Positions 46,656-55,983 of a stretch of 60,041 nucleotides of DNA are shown piece by piece (position 1 is the first letter of the stretch; every line of letters starts with the position of its first letter). The notes beneath the pieces are model-generated. The model had not been told where the DNA came from. It searched no databases and was given only the letters and a program-made list of their open reading frames with translations. A program made the translations under genes and the position numbers. Source of the stretch: a virus (Duplodnaviria; Caudoviricetes); the IMG/VR virus record IMGVR_UViG_3300036841_000070, positions 1 to 60,041 of that record; one strand, given 5' to 3'.

Positions 46656-47653
46656 TACCTACGCTCCACTCGCTCGTGAGCAGCATACGGCTCCCACCTA
46701 ACAAACGCCGCTCGTTTGAAAGCCTCCCAGTCGTTGCCCGTTTCATGCAACTCGCACATATCGCGGTAGCTACAGAACTTGCAGTTGGGCATGAACTGCG
46801 GTCCTGGGTTCTTGTAGACATGGTTGTGATTATGCCGCGCCGCTTCCATGTCCTGGATTTCCTGCCAGACGCGAGCTTTAACGCGCTCTGCTTCAACGTC
46901 GCCTCTGAACGTTAGCTGGCGCTCGAAGTATGGCGGCGGTTGCCGTTTGCTGATGGAGCCGTCTTTATTGAGACGACGACCCTGTTCGTCCCATTGCCCG
47001 TCGTCTGGTCGTATGGTCTTGCGCAGCCAGTTGTAGATGATGCCGTCGAGTCGCTCGTCCGGCTGGAGGTATCCGTGCAGACGTAGCCAGCGTGGCCCGT
47101 ATGTCCAGTACGCACCCACCTGCTCATCCATCGGCAGGGCAGACTGGCTAATTGCAGTAGTTGTTTTGTGCTCTGCAAAGCGTATCTTGGCAGTCGGCAG
47201 GTGCTCCCAAACCCCATCTATCGTCCCCACGTAATAGACCTTCTTGCCACCAAGCCTCCCGATGGGAAGCATGAATGTCTGCTCGCTGCTGATGATCTTG
47301 TACTCTTTGTCTACTTCTTGCCAGTGCTCGACGTAGCGATTGAGCATGTCGATACCTAGCTCGCGCATATCAACGACTTGATCGTCCTCCCAGATGCTGG
47401 TGTCTTGCTCTTCTGAGAGACTTTCGCACAGCATCTCGAAAGTGGTGGTCGGATGCGGACCGCGCTTCCTGCCCTTCTTGTAGTATGCGGCCAGACTTTG
47501 GTGTACCAAATCTCCGAACAGGAGCTTTGTGTCCGTCGTTGGCGCGCGTAGGTTCTCGACGAATGACCAATACCATTTTTGTCGGCACGTCAGGAATGCT
47601 TGCCTCTCCGATGTTCGGACCAGGATATGTCCATTTCGCCTCCCCGCTATCAT
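46655..47653 (-). CDS. Cas4-like / PD-(D/E)XK exonuclease
   Basis: TSER..F..C, FG..VH, GTIDG, EHKT, Q...Y, C.FC...C. Confidence 0.85.
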   Translation of the reverse strand: MIAGRRNGHILVRTSERQAFLTCRQKWYWSFVENLRAPTTDTKLLFGDLVHQSLAAYYKKGRKRGPHPTTTFEMLCESLSEEQDTSIWEDDQVVDMRELGIDMLNRYVEHWQEVDKEYKIISSEQTFMLPIGRLGGKKVYYVGTIDGVWEHLPTAKIRFAEHKTTTAISQSALPMDEQVGAYWTYGPRWLRLHGYLQPDERLDGIIYNWLRKTIRPDDGQWDEQGRRLNKDGSISKRQPPPYFERQLTFRGDVEAERVKARVWQEIQDMEAARHNHNHVYKNPGPQFMPNCKFCSYRDMCELHETGNDWEAFKRAAFVRWEPYAAHERVERR

Positions 47654-47797
47654 CGTGGCCTTTCTGTCGCAATGGGCTGGGTGGTGCGCCGGAAGCCCAT
47701 TGACCAACGCACCACCCTGGAGCCTCGGAGTGATAGAAGGCTCCGCTAGCAGCCTAGCAAACCCGATTGTGAAACGCAAGCGGCGCATCGCGCGATG

Positions 47798-48160
47798 CTA
47801 GGAGCCTCTTACTTCACGGATTACAGTATCGAACAGAGCTAGGAATCTCTCCAGTTCCCAGTACTCATTTACCAGCGGCTCAATTTCCTGCATCCGCCAC
47901 TTAATGTCGTACCTGATGCTCTTGAGCGTGGGTGCGCGCTTTGGCTTGGGCGGCATCGGCTTATGGATACGGGCCGACTTCTCCTGCTTGCCAACTACTC
48001 TGAGTGCCGGGTCACCGGGCATGAAATCATCTTCTTGTGGTTGCACTACTTCTCCCTTTGGCCGGACAGTATCCACGCAGTCATAAGACTTACAGCGAAT
48101 ACCGTAGTGTGGTTTAGTGGTAGGCCGCAGATCAATGCTATGGCTAAAAGCATTATCCAA
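47798..48160 (-). CDS. Hypothetical protein
   Basis: ORF in gap; start uncertain. Confidence 0.45.
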   Translation of the reverse strand: MDNAFSHSIDLRPTTKPHYGIRCKSYDCVDTVRPKGEVVQPQEDDFMPGDPALRVVGKQEKSARIHKPMPPKPKRAPTLKSIRYDIKWRMQEIEPLVNEYWELERFLALFDTVIREVRGS

Positions 48161-48186
48161 ACGGCCATTCTCTGGTGCATTACTTG

Positions 48187-50115
48187 TTAGCGGCTAGCAC
48201 GGCGTAGTTCCTCAATCTCCTTGACGTAGTTGAGAACGGTGCGGTTGTTGAGCTTCTTGTTGCCCGCCACTCTGGCAATGTACTCCTGGATCGAGTGTGG
48301 CGTTCGGTACGTGTAGCACTTCAGTGCGGTGTCGCGGCTGCCTCGGTCGCCTCGGCCAAAGAACTGATGCATCACGTCCGGGTCCCAGGCCTCGTCGAGT
48401 GCGTGTGCGCTGTTAGCCCGCTCTAGGTTGAGGGCGGTGCCGCCGGTCTGGATCGTCATCACGATCACGAACGGCCGTTTGCTTTGGCTGGCGAACTTGT
48501 CGAGCATCGGCTTGCTGTCCTTGGTGCCGCCGTGCAGTACCTCAACGTCGATGCCGTTGGCGGTCAGGTAGTCAGCTACCACCTGCATGTAGCTTATTTC
48601 CAGGACGCCAACGTAGGCACGCGCGCCCGGCTCCCAGTCCTCGCTCCTGATGCCGTTCTCATCGAGCCTCTCAAGCAGGTACTCAAGCTTGCAGCTGTTC
48701 TTGGTAGCTACTGGCTTCGTGAAGAACTTATCCCAGTCGAGCTTGCTGTTCGCCATCTGCCGCAGGCGCGTGTACTGCGCGAGCACGATGCTTCCGGACA
48801 GGCGCTTGCCGTCAAGCACAATTTCGTGCGCCTGATCGAACTCGATGTAGTCGTGCAGCTGACGCCCGTCCATTGGCGTTTCGACCAGAATCTCAACGGC
48901 GTCTGGCAGCCCAGGCAGCGCTTCCTTCTTGTCGCGCCGGATTAGGTGGTTAATGTGGTGCTTGTAGAACTCCTCCTCAAATCCGTTCTTGATCCCGCCA
49001 ACCTTCTTGACGGTCTTGGTGGCACCGTGCCCGCCTCTGACGTAGACTTCCTCCTCCGTGACGGAGAGCCACTCGTCCGCCCAGCGCCAGAAGCTGCTGT
49101 ACTGCCGCTTGTCGATGAAGTTAAGCACCGGCCAGAGTCGCTCCGGCTTGCCGCCAATCGGCGTACCCGACATTGGCCACTTGAACTCGGCCTTAACCAT
49201 CTGTGCGCCGACGTGGAACTGAGCCTTCCTGTTAGGCAAGCCGGTCGCATGGAACTCGTCGATAATGAATGCGCCCCAATCGACTTCGAACAAAGCCTTC
49301 TGGTTAGCGCTCTTGAAGCGATACCAGTTACCCAGGTAGTCACGTCCGGCGTGCAGCGGGTCCGGCCGCTCTGGCGGAGCCTTCTTCTTGGCGTTGTAGT
49401 ACTGTACGACACGGAGGTCGTCTGCTATCAGAGCGAGCGCGAAACCCATCTCGTCCTCGCCATCAGGCCCCTCGACGAAACTCGCAATCAGCTTGGCACG
49501 TTCGCGTGGGTCCTCGCTCGTCAAGCACTCGTAGTCAGAGAGTCTGCTGAACTCCGTCTGCCAGACATTTACGAGTGAGCGCTTGGGCGCAATTACCAGG
49601 ACCGGCTTCGGGTTGACCCTGGCCTCATAGATCGCTCCGATGGCTTCCAGCGTCTTGCCGGTGCCCACGTCGTTCGCATTGATGGCAGAGCTAAGGCTCA
49701 TCATCTTGATGTCGGCGCTCTGGTAGGGGCGCGGCGGGCGCTCCTTGCGTAGCGCATGGCCGAACGGGATCGTGGGATCGTCAATTCGCCTCCCCGCTAT
49801 CACGTCCACAATGCGCTTGGGCGTGTGTGCGAGCTTGGCACTGGGGGCCGTCCGCAGCTTGGTCTTTTCACGTTCCTGCACGACCTGATCCTTCGCCCAG
49901 GCACGCAGCGCGTTGCCGAGCTTCAGCCGCTCCCCGAACATCGTGCGGAGGTAGCGCGCGACCGTCATCGTCATCGGGACCGTCCAGAGCTTCTTGTCCC
50001 AATCGAAATGACGACCGTGGATGGTCTTGATCTTGGCTAGGTCGGAGTCGTCGTACTTGAAATGTACTTCGATCCTGTCTAGCGATTCATTTAGCTCTAT
50101 GAATATGTCGTTCAA
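48187..50115 (-). CDS. SNF2-family helicase
   Basis: RPYQ, DVGTGKT, IIDEFH, MSGTP, GGTALNL, Q..GR..R. Confidence 0.88.
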   Translation of the reverse strand: MNDIFIELNESLDRIEVHFKYDDSDLAKIKTIHGRHFDWDKKLWTVPMTMTVARYLRTMFGERLKLGNALRAWAKDQVVQEREKTKLRTAPSAKLAHTPKRIVDVIAGRRIDDPTIPFGHALRKERPPRPYQSADIKMMSLSSAINANDVGTGKTLEAIGAIYEARVNPKPVLVIAPKRSLVNVWQTEFSRLSDYECLTSEDPRERAKLIASFVEGPDGEDEMGFALALIADDLRVVQYYNAKKKAPPERPDPLHAGRDYLGNWYRFKSANQKALFEVDWGAFIIDEFHATGLPNRKAQFHVGAQMVKAEFKWPMSGTPIGGKPERLWPVLNFIDKRQYSSFWRWADEWLSVTEEEVYVRGGHGATKTVKKVGGIKNGFEEEFYKHHINHLIRRDKKEALPGLPDAVEILVETPMDGRQLHDYIEFDQAHEIVLDGKRLSGSIVLAQYTRLRQMANSKLDWDKFFTKPVATKNSCKLEYLLERLDENGIRSEDWEPGARAYVGVLEISYMQVVADYLTANGIDVEVLHGGTKDSKPMLDKFASQSKRPFVIVMTIQTGGTALNLERANSAHALDEAWDPDVMHQFFGRGDRGSRDTALKCYTYRTPHSIQEYIARVAGNKKLNNRTVLNYVKEIEELRRASR

Positions 50116-50296
50116 CTTGTTTCCTTCCTGGAATCTTACTTGTGCCGAAACAGTAGGTGCAGGGGCGGGTTGGATACCCGCCCTTGCCCCAGTCCGGTGC
50201 TACGATGGTGCGCTCGCCGCAGTGGGGACAGATTATCCATTTCCATCCCGGCACGACATTGCGGCTCTTACGAACCTCCCACTCAGGCAGCATCAC
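50087..50296 (-). CDS. Small Zn-ribbon protein
   Basis: CPHC...CTYC. Confidence 0.6.
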   Translation of the reverse strand: MMLPEWEVRKSRNVVPGWKWIICPHCGERTIVAPDWGKGGYPTRPCTYCFGTSKIPGRKQVERHIHRAK

Positions 50297-50493
50297 TCCC
50301 GTACCCTGACGCGGTCGTCAGCGTCGAAGGTCAGATGCTCAAAAGTGAGGTGCCCGTTATACGTGACGCGCACTTCTTGGCCGACGATGCTGAGTTCGCA
50401 GATATGGTAATACTTTCTGATGCTGCCCTCTTTGACGACTAGGATGTCGCCTGCCTCTAGCTGGTCGGCGTAGAGTCTGACGATCCTAGCCAT
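50293..50493 (-). CDS. Small hypothetical protein (SH3-like)
   Basis: ADQLEAGDIL; coupled overlaps. Confidence 0.55.
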   Translation of the reverse strand: MARIVRLYADQLEAGDILVVKEGSIRKYYHICELSIVGQEVRVTYNGHLTFEHLTFDADDRVRVRE

Positions 50494-50692
50494 CGATGTG
50501 CTTGAGAACGCCGTCCTTGATTGTGTAGTTCGGCTTCTCGTCAACCTCGACGATGCGCGTGTTACGGACGAGCACCCAGCGGCTCGCCAAGTCCTTGACG
50601 TAGGCGTCGGCCTCGGCCTCTGTGGCAAAGACCAGGCCGTTGCCGACCCACTCGCCTGTGTCGTCTGCGATAACCTGCGGTTTGTAAGGCAT
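50486..50692 (-). CDS. Hypothetical protein
   Basis: W..NGL.FATEAEA..Y; RBS present. Confidence 0.65.
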   Translation of the reverse strand: MPYKPQVIADDTGEWVGNGLVFATEAEADAYVKDLASRWVLVRNTRIVEVDEKPNYTIKDGVLKHIDG

Positions 50693-50715
50693 TTCCCAGC
50701 CCTTTCCCAGCCTCG

Positions 50716-51369
50716 CTAGACGTTCTCGCGCGGGTCTAGGCCGCGCAGACGCAAGGCTGTCTCGGCGTTGGCAACACGGCTTCCCCAGTCGTCGTAGACG
50801 CGCCCGCCGCAGACCGGGCCGATGCCAAGCTCGCGGCTGATGCGGTTGGTTATGCGCGTGTTGCATTGGCTGCATCGTCCGATGGTGCGACCGTACAGGA
50901 CGGCTGCGTTGCCAATGCCGTACCTGACGATCTTCTTGACGACATCGGGCGCGCGACCGAGGTATGTTTCGTTCGGCCCGATGATCTGGACAACGTACTT
51001 GTTCTTGCGCTCCTTGTTCTCCCTGATGCGATAGAACGCGATGTCGTTATCGCTGTGCTCGTTGGGGACGGCATACCTTCCTGGCGGGATGTCCTCAACG
51101 GTCGGGTTGTTCTTGCTTCGATCATCCTGCCCTGGCAGGAGCGGACGCCCCTTCAAAGCCGAGATGATCTTGCCAGCGTCGCCCTTCGTCAGACCGGCCT
51201 CTGTTAGTTCCTTGATACGGAGTAGCCACGACTCGGGGATGTCGCGGCTCTCGACCAGGCCCTTGATGTAGCCGATCTGGGGCGGCGTAGCTGGGTCCTT
51301 CGTCCAGGCCGGTAGCTCGTCCGACGGCTTCTCACTCCGGAGTAGTCTGAGTTGCTCGTCACTTACCAC
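50716..51369 (-). CDS. DUF6011-like protein
   Basis: AT..QI.YI N-terminal motif; GRC..C...T...S...GIGPVC. Confidence 0.75.
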   Translation of the reverse strand: MVSDEQLRLLRSEKPSDELPAWTKDPATPPQIGYIKGLVESRDIPESWLLRIKELTEAGLTKGDAGKIISALKGRPLLPGQDDRSKNNPTVEDIPPGRYAVPNEHSDNDIAFYRIRENKERKNKYVVQIIGPNETYLGRAPDVVKKIVRYGIGNAAVLYGRTIGRCSQCNTRITNRISRELGIGPVCGGRVYDDWGSRVANAETALRLRGLDPRENV

Positions 51370-51553
51370 GCTTCTTGGCTCCCTTCTTCTTGGGCTTAGG
51401 CTTTTCCATCTGGCTGTGAACTTCGCGGTGGATATCCGTGATCAGACCGCGCTCCTCATCGGAGTAGTCGTCGCTGATGCCTGCGTCTGCCAGGGCGCGT
51501 TGCAGAACATCGCCTGCCTTCTGGCTCATAACGAGCACAACCTGGCGCTCCAT
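51359..51553 (-). CDS. Hypothetical protein
   Basis: Coupled overlaps. Confidence 0.6.
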   Translation of the reverse strand: MERQVVLVMSQKAGDVLQRALADAGISDDYSDEERGLITDIHREVHSQMEKPKPKKKGAKKRGK

Positions 51554-51864
51554 CAGGACTCCGGCTTCTCTGTCGGGCCAAGGCTGCGGCTTAGCTGGAC
51601 TGGCAGGTTCTTGTCACGGATGCCGTCACGCAGCCCCATGACCTCGTCCTTCGACAAGAGCAGCTCCCAGTCCTCAAGCGGGTTCCAACGGATGCTGAGT
51701 GCCGTCGTGCCAGCCTTCGGACGCAAGCTGAAGAGTCGCTCGGTTTTGCTCTGGTTGAAGCCGAGATAGACCGCCGTCATCTCGCGCATATACCAGCGGT
51801 GGTTGCCAGATTGGCTTTTGAACTGCACGCGGTAGAGCGCACCAATTTCGAGCTTGGGTTCCAT
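51553..51864 (-). CDS. Hypothetical protein
   Basis: GGAGG RBS before ATG 51864. Confidence 0.6.
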   Translation of the reverse strand: MEPKLEIGALYRVQFKSQSGNHRWYMREMTAVYLGFNQSKTERLFSLRPKAGTTALSIRWNPLEDWELLLSKDEVMGLRDGIRDKNLPVQLSRSLGPTEKPES

Positions 51865-51945
51865 TTTACCTCCCCGCTCTGATCTCATAGACATAGGCTC
51901 CGTAGAGGACAAGTACGCAGAAGATGGCCATCCACTTCTCGCGTG

Positions 51946-52272
51946 TCATGACTTGCTTGACCTCCAGAACGAGAGCTTGTCGCCCGGCTTGAGCTGGAAG
52001 ATTTCTCCGTCCATCGTGTCCTGGAACTTGTGCTCCTGCTTGAGTGTGAAGTCGCCGCTGGGGCAGACGTTGCTGATGACGCCGTAGTCCATCGCCTGGA
52101 AGGCGTTGCCCGGACTGATGCCCTGCGGCTCGTTGGGGTAGTCAAGCCCCTCGTTCGGGACAGCGAGCTTGCGCTCAAACGCTATGGCATAGACCATAGC
52201 GGTAATGTGGAAGCCGCCCCAACGGAGCTTGAGACGCCTACCGCCACGGATAATCTCCGTGTTGAGTGGCAT
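51946..52272 (-). CDS. Hypothetical protein
   Basis: GAAAGG RBS; phage-like codon usage. Confidence 0.6.
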   Translation of the reverse strand: MPLNTEIIRGGRRLKLRWGGFHITAMVYAIAFERKLAVPNEGLDYPNEPQGISPGNAFQAMDYGVISNVCPSGDFTLKQEHKFQDTMDGEIFQLKPGDKLSFWRSSKS

Positions 52273-52398
52273 ATGTAAACCTTTCGGTCGAATGATTAAG
52301 TGGCACCCTTTCCCCTTGGTGCCTGCCAGGCAGTTCGCTGTGCGGTTCGGCCCCGCATCTTCCGCGCGGTGGAAGGCCGCGCCCTGGCCCGCTCGTTA

Positions 52399-52629
52399 CT
52401 ACAGAAGGATCAAGTCCTCCGCTGCCACCGTCCTCAAACCTCCAGGATCGGCGTAGAACTGAATGAGGTCTTGCCGCCGAACCCCTCCTCCTGGGAGGGG
52501 TCCAGCGGGCAGATACCTTCTGAAGCCGGTGACGCGGTGCTCACGTTCGATAGTGATACCGTGCCATTCGCCATCGGCGTTCTTGCTGAAGACCTTCGAG
52601 ATTTGTAGAACCTTGCGGCCTACAATCAT
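52399..52629 (-). CDS. Hypothetical protein
   Basis: ORF in operon context. Confidence 0.5.
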   Translation of the reverse strand: MIVGRKVLQISKVFSKNADGEWHGITIEREHRVTGFRRYLPAGPLPGGGVRRQDLIQFYADPGGLRTVAAEDLILL

Positions 52630-52655
52630 GCGTGCGATCTGACCTTCGTCAGTCG

Positions 52656-53273
52656 CTACTTGGAAGGGTTTGCCTTGCGCGAACGGGTGACGCGGACCTT
52701 GCGGGACTTGGGAGCGGGCTGAGGCTCTTCCATCTCCTCCTCCTCCTCGTCCTCCTCATCCTCGTCCTCGTCCTCATCCTCCTCGTCCTCGTCAAGCTCC
52801 TCTTCCATCTCCTCCTCGTCCTCAAGCTCCTCCTCGTCCTCCTCGTCCTCCTCGTCCGGCTCCTCCTCCACCTGCTTGGCGCGCCGCCTGGTCTTGGTGG
52901 CCTTGGCCTTCGCGGTGTCCTTCGCCTTCGCCTTGGTCGAGTTGGACTTGTCCTGCTTGATGATGACGGACTCGGCCCCCTCCGGGCCGTGGTCGCGGAG
53001 CAGCCTGCGGCCGGTCATCGAGCCGGGGAGCGTCCAGTCGTACTTGTCCTCGATCATCTGGCCGATGTCGCCCCAGCTGGTGGCGGGCTTCTTGTTGCGC
53101 TCGCGGTAGATCAGCTTGGCGATGTTGCGCTTCTTCGCGTCGCTCAGCCCGGCGAGCTTGTCCGCGCCGCGCGTGCGGCCGGTGGTCTGCTTGGCGCCGT
53201 TGTCGGCGGCGGCGGCCTTGGTCGGCCGCTTCTTGGCGGTGCTCGCCTTGGCGGCGGGCTTCCTCGTGGCCAT
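52656..53273 (-). CDS. Highly expressed K/A-rich plus poly-acidic protein (possible nucleoid/DNA-binding protein)
   Basis: AAGGAAGG RBS, strong codon bias, histone-like tails, D/E tract. Confidence 0.65.
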   Translation of the reverse strand: MATRKPAAKASTAKKRPTKAAAADNGAKQTTGRTRGADKLAGLSDAKKRNIAKLIYRERNKKPATSWGDIGQMIEDKYDWTLPGSMTGRRLLRDHGPEGAESVIIKQDKSNSTKAKAKDTAKAKATKTRRRAKQVEEEPDEEDEEDEEELEDEEEMEEELDEDEEDEDEDEDEEDEEEEEMEEPQPAPKSRKVRVTRSRKANPSK

Positions 53274-53783
53274 GCTGAACTTCCCTTCCTTGTCTCGTTG
53301 GATATTCGTTTTCTGTCTACCGTGCAATTGTGCGTGATGTCTCTTGCACAAGAACCGGATGTTGCTTAGATCGTTGTTGCCGTTGTCGCCGTCGATGTGA
53401 TGAATCTCGGGCTTATCTGAGCAATCTTCGATCTCACACTCAATAGGAACTTTCCCTTTGAGTTCCCTCCTGGCGCGAATCTTCTTCCCGCCATAAGTTG
53501 CATCGTCACCCTTATAGGAGTGGTGTTGTTTCGGTGGCCTCCTTGTCTCGGATCGGTTGATTGACTCCGGCACCCTAGCAGGGTAGCGCGGAATTGGCAA
53601 CAAATTGGTGCCCCTAAAGAGCACCGTAGGATGTATCCTCCATATACCTATGAGGACGCGACCGAACCCCTTACGTGACCATTTGACGGTGAACTTATCG
53701 TCGCCCGGTATCAGGCCCGTCAAAAAGCCTGCCTTCCAAGGGTGCTCGCGGTCGGGCAGATATATGACGACTCGTCTGCCCAT
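53274..53783 (-). CDS. HNH endonuclease domain, in frame with the downstream gene
   Basis: CEIEDC...EIHHIDGD..NN..SNI..LC..HH..LH; no stop before 53273. Confidence 0.65.
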
Positions 53784-53872
53784 AAGTCGGCGTGCTTCGT
53801 ACCAGTAGTTGACCGGCCCCGGTTCGACCCGATATGAGCGGTCGAATACCGGCTGACGCTTGCGCTTTCTCT

Positions 53873-54160
53873 TCAGCTTGCCTCCCCGCTTGTGGTCTCA
53901 GGCGGCGCGAAGTCCGCCTCTGTTACTGGTGGGTCCGCGATGTAGTTCCTGATCTGCTTGATCAGGCCCGCGCACGCCTCGGCCTTGAGCATGTTGCCGA
54001 GTGTGAGGTGCTCGATATCGTAGATGTGGTAGTCCTCCTCGATGTCGTGCTTATCGACCCAGGCGACGGCATCGCGCAGCGTGTCGAAGCTGACTACTGG
54101 TCGTGGGATATCGTCTGCTATCCAAACGCGGCAGACAACGTGGCGAGCGTAACGCTCCAT
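53873..54160 (-). CDS. Hypothetical protein
   Basis: AGGAGG RBS. Confidence 0.6.
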   Translation of the reverse strand: MERYARHVVCRVWIADDIPRPVVSFDTLRDAVAWVDKHDIEEDYHIYDIEHLTLGNMLKAEACAGLIKQIRNYIADPPVTEADFAPPETTSGEAS

Positions 54161-54376
54161 TCATTCCTCCTGTTCGTAGGGCCAGATTACGTTGGTGGTA
54201 GCAAGCGCCTGCGCCTCCTCATGCGCCATCTGCACTGGCTCTACAGATTCCCAGCCGTTATCTTCTGCCAGGTCCATAGCGTAGGCCCGTGCATCAATTT
54301 CGCTGATAAATGGTCCGAATACATCTACGTGGTCGTAATCAGGGGGTTCCTTCGCTACCACGTACCATTGGCTCAC
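54161..54376 (-). CDS. Hypothetical acidic protein
   Basis: FGPF.S..DA..Y; overlap with neighbour. Confidence 0.6.
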   Translation of the reverse strand: MSQWYVVAKEPPDYDHVDVFGPFISEIDARAYAMDLAEDNGWESVEPVQMAHEEAQALATTNVIWPYEQEE

Positions 54377-54573
54377 GCCTCGTGAACCTCGACGGTCACC
54401 TTGATCGCCTTGGGGTTGCCGAGCCTGGCGAAGCCGGAGTTCCCCAGGTACAACGTTCTGAGATCGGTCGGCCGCTCCTCCGTGTCGTAGCGCACGACTG
54501 ACTTCTTCGGGTCGCTCAGGAGGAGGATGACTTCGATCTTGGGCTTGGAATTGCTCGTCTTAGGTTGAGGCAT
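54373..54573 (-). CDS. Hypothetical protein
   Basis: AGGAG RBS; LGNP..I.VTV. Confidence 0.65.
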   Translation of the reverse strand: MPQPKTSNSKPKIEVILLLSDPKKSVVRYDTEERPTDLRTLYLGNSGFARLGNPKAIKVTVEVHEA

Positions 54574-54594
54574 GGCACTCCTGTCAGAATTTTT

Positions 54595-54768
54595 TCAGGG
54601 GGAGGGTGTTAGGATCAACAGCGCGGCGAGCGCCGCGATCACGAGTACGAGGATGGCGACGGCAACCCATCGCCAGATGTGGCGGCGCTCGTTCTTCACG
54701 AGTCGTCGCTCAAACGAGCGCCGCTGGCTTGCCTGGAACTCGTTGCGAATCTGTTCCAGAGACTTCAC
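54595..54768 (-). CDS. Small membrane protein
   Basis: GTGA overlap; C-terminal TM helix. Confidence 0.55.
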   Translation of the reverse strand: MKSLEQIRNEFQASQRRSFERRLVKNERRHIWRWVAVAILVLVIAALAALLILTPSP

Positions 54769-55025
54769 TTGACGGTGAGTCCTCCCTTCGCGTTGCGGTA
54801 GATGCTCGCGTACCACGAGCGGTCTGTGAACGGGTCCGGCCCGACGACGTTGAACGTGATGTCCTCGGGCAGCTGATCGGCGTAGCCGCTGAACTTCTGC
54901 CACTCCTTCATAGCCGCCGTATCGTACAGGTAGACGGTGTGCGGTGCTTCCTTGATCGCGAGCTTGAGCGCGGCCTTCGTCGGCTTCTTGTTGGTGAAGT
55001 CGGCACCGCCTTGTGCGTAGATCAT
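54765..55025 (-). CDS. Hypothetical protein
   Basis: TK.ALK.A...VVGP.P...R.WYA pattern seen in phage early proteins. Confidence 0.65.
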   Translation of the reverse strand: MIYAQGGADFTNKKPTKAALKLAIKEAPHTVYLYDTAAMKEWQKFSGYADQLPEDITFNVVGPDPFTDRSWYASIYRNAKGGLTVK

Positions 55026-55027
55026 AT

Positions 55028-55213
55028 TCACTCCGGGTCCAACTCGTCGAATGATAGGGTATCCTCCACGCCGTCGTCGAACATGACCTTGCAAACGTCA
55101 GGCAAGGTCGGGTCATCGGACAGCGCTGTGATCCTGCCGTAGCGCTCGTTGGGCTTGAGTTCGTGGTGACCGTGAATTTGCACCCGCTGACCTTCTGACG
55201 GGTTCTCGATCAC
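55028..55213 (-). CDS. Small SH3-like protein
   Basis: GQRV...G.I...V.FDDG...EL. Confidence 0.6.
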   Translation of the reverse strand: MIENPSEGQRVQIHGHHELKPNERYGRITALSDDPTLPDVCKVMFDDGVEDTLSFDELDPE

Positions 55214-55419
55214 CCCTCCTCCTCAATCTGCGTAACGATCAGGTCGAGCAGATGCCGCACAAACGGCTCGCGCGGAATCATATCCGGCCGGATGTCGTCG
55301 ATCCGCTCGACCAGATCGGCCGTGATGCGGATCGGCAGGTACTGTGGCTCAACCACCTGGAGGGGAGGCTTCTTCACGGTGCCTCCCCGCTTCTTGGTCT
55401 TGGGATTGCTGACTGCCAT
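55210..55419 (-). CDS. Ribbon-helix-helix-like DNA-binding protein
   Basis: IRI..DLVERID...R..FVR.LL. Confidence 0.55.
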   Translation of the reverse strand: MAVSNPKTKKRGGTVKKPPLQVVEPQYLPIRITADLVERIDDIRPDMIPREPFVRHLLDLIVTQIEEEG

Positions 55420-55550
55420 TAGACCTTCACTGGCTCCTTCTTGGGTTCTGGGGTTTTGACCGGCTCCCGCTCTGGGACCGGCTCCTTGCTGGGCACTGGG
55501 TTCCTGATAGGCTCTACTGTGATCTTCTCCTTCTCTTTACCGATCTCCAT
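55419..55550 (-). CDS. Small Pro/Glu/Lys-rich peptide (43 aa)
   Basis: MEIGKEKEKITVEPIRNPVPSKEPVPEREPVKTPEPKKEPVKV; overlaps both neighbours. Confidence 0.6.
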   Translation of the reverse strand: MEIGKEKEKITVEPIRNPVPSKEPVPEREPVKTPEPKKEPVKV

Positions 55551-55983
55551 GCTTGCGCTCCAGGTTGTAGAGTTTGTACGGGACGCCATATGCTTCAGCT
55601 AATGGCTTCGCTAGCCGCCAACGGCTATACGGCACCAAAAGCATCTTGGGGTAAGCGAACTGTGCTCGCCAACCTGTCTGTGCGGGGATGATCCCGCCCC
55701 AGAGGTTTACTTGTCCTGCAATCGTGATATCGTGCGGGGCGGCGAACATCCCTTCAGACTTCGTGTAACCCATATCGAATAGCCGGTTGAACGTCGCAGC
55801 AGCGTATGTACCGCAGGAACAATGAGGATCAGGAACCTCATGTTCATGCCGGTCGCATGTTGCCTCGAAATCCATAAACGGCTGCCACATTATGTGGTCG
55901 CGGGCGAAGCTGAATAGCCTGTTATCCTTGACTAGCCAGACGCGGTATCCGACCGCAGGCTCAATCGCGTCAGGAACCCTCAT
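55537..55983 (-). CDS. Cys/His-containing hypothetical protein
   Basis: GYRVW...C..H..P..HCSCG.YA...G.V.LWG...G.RA. Confidence 0.65.
   Translation of the reverse strand: MRVPDAIEPAVGYRVWLVKDNRLFSFARDHIMWQPFMDFEATCDRHEHEVPDPHCSCGTYAAATFNRLFDMGYTKSEGMFAAPHDITIAGQVNLWGGIIPAQTGWRAQFAYPKMLLVPYSRWRLAKPLAEAYGVPYKLYNLERKHGDR

Noticed and set aside
46655-47653. CRISPR-Cas system suggested by the Cas4-like gene
   Set aside because: Solo Cas4-like exonucleases next to Sak4/SSB are standard phage recombination genes
52302-52390. HDV-like (theta) ribozyme call
   Set aside because: A GCGAA linker is present but no P1 partner could be placed in the required order; kept only as an unclassified structure
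52632-53369. Leu-rich + strand ORF (also 44607-45287)
   Set aside because: Mirror of poly-GAG/GAC acidic tracts on the coding strand
53812-53855. Third tRNA-like element (GGTTCGACCC)
   Set aside because: No 5-bp T stem or acceptor stem; folds as a simple hairpin
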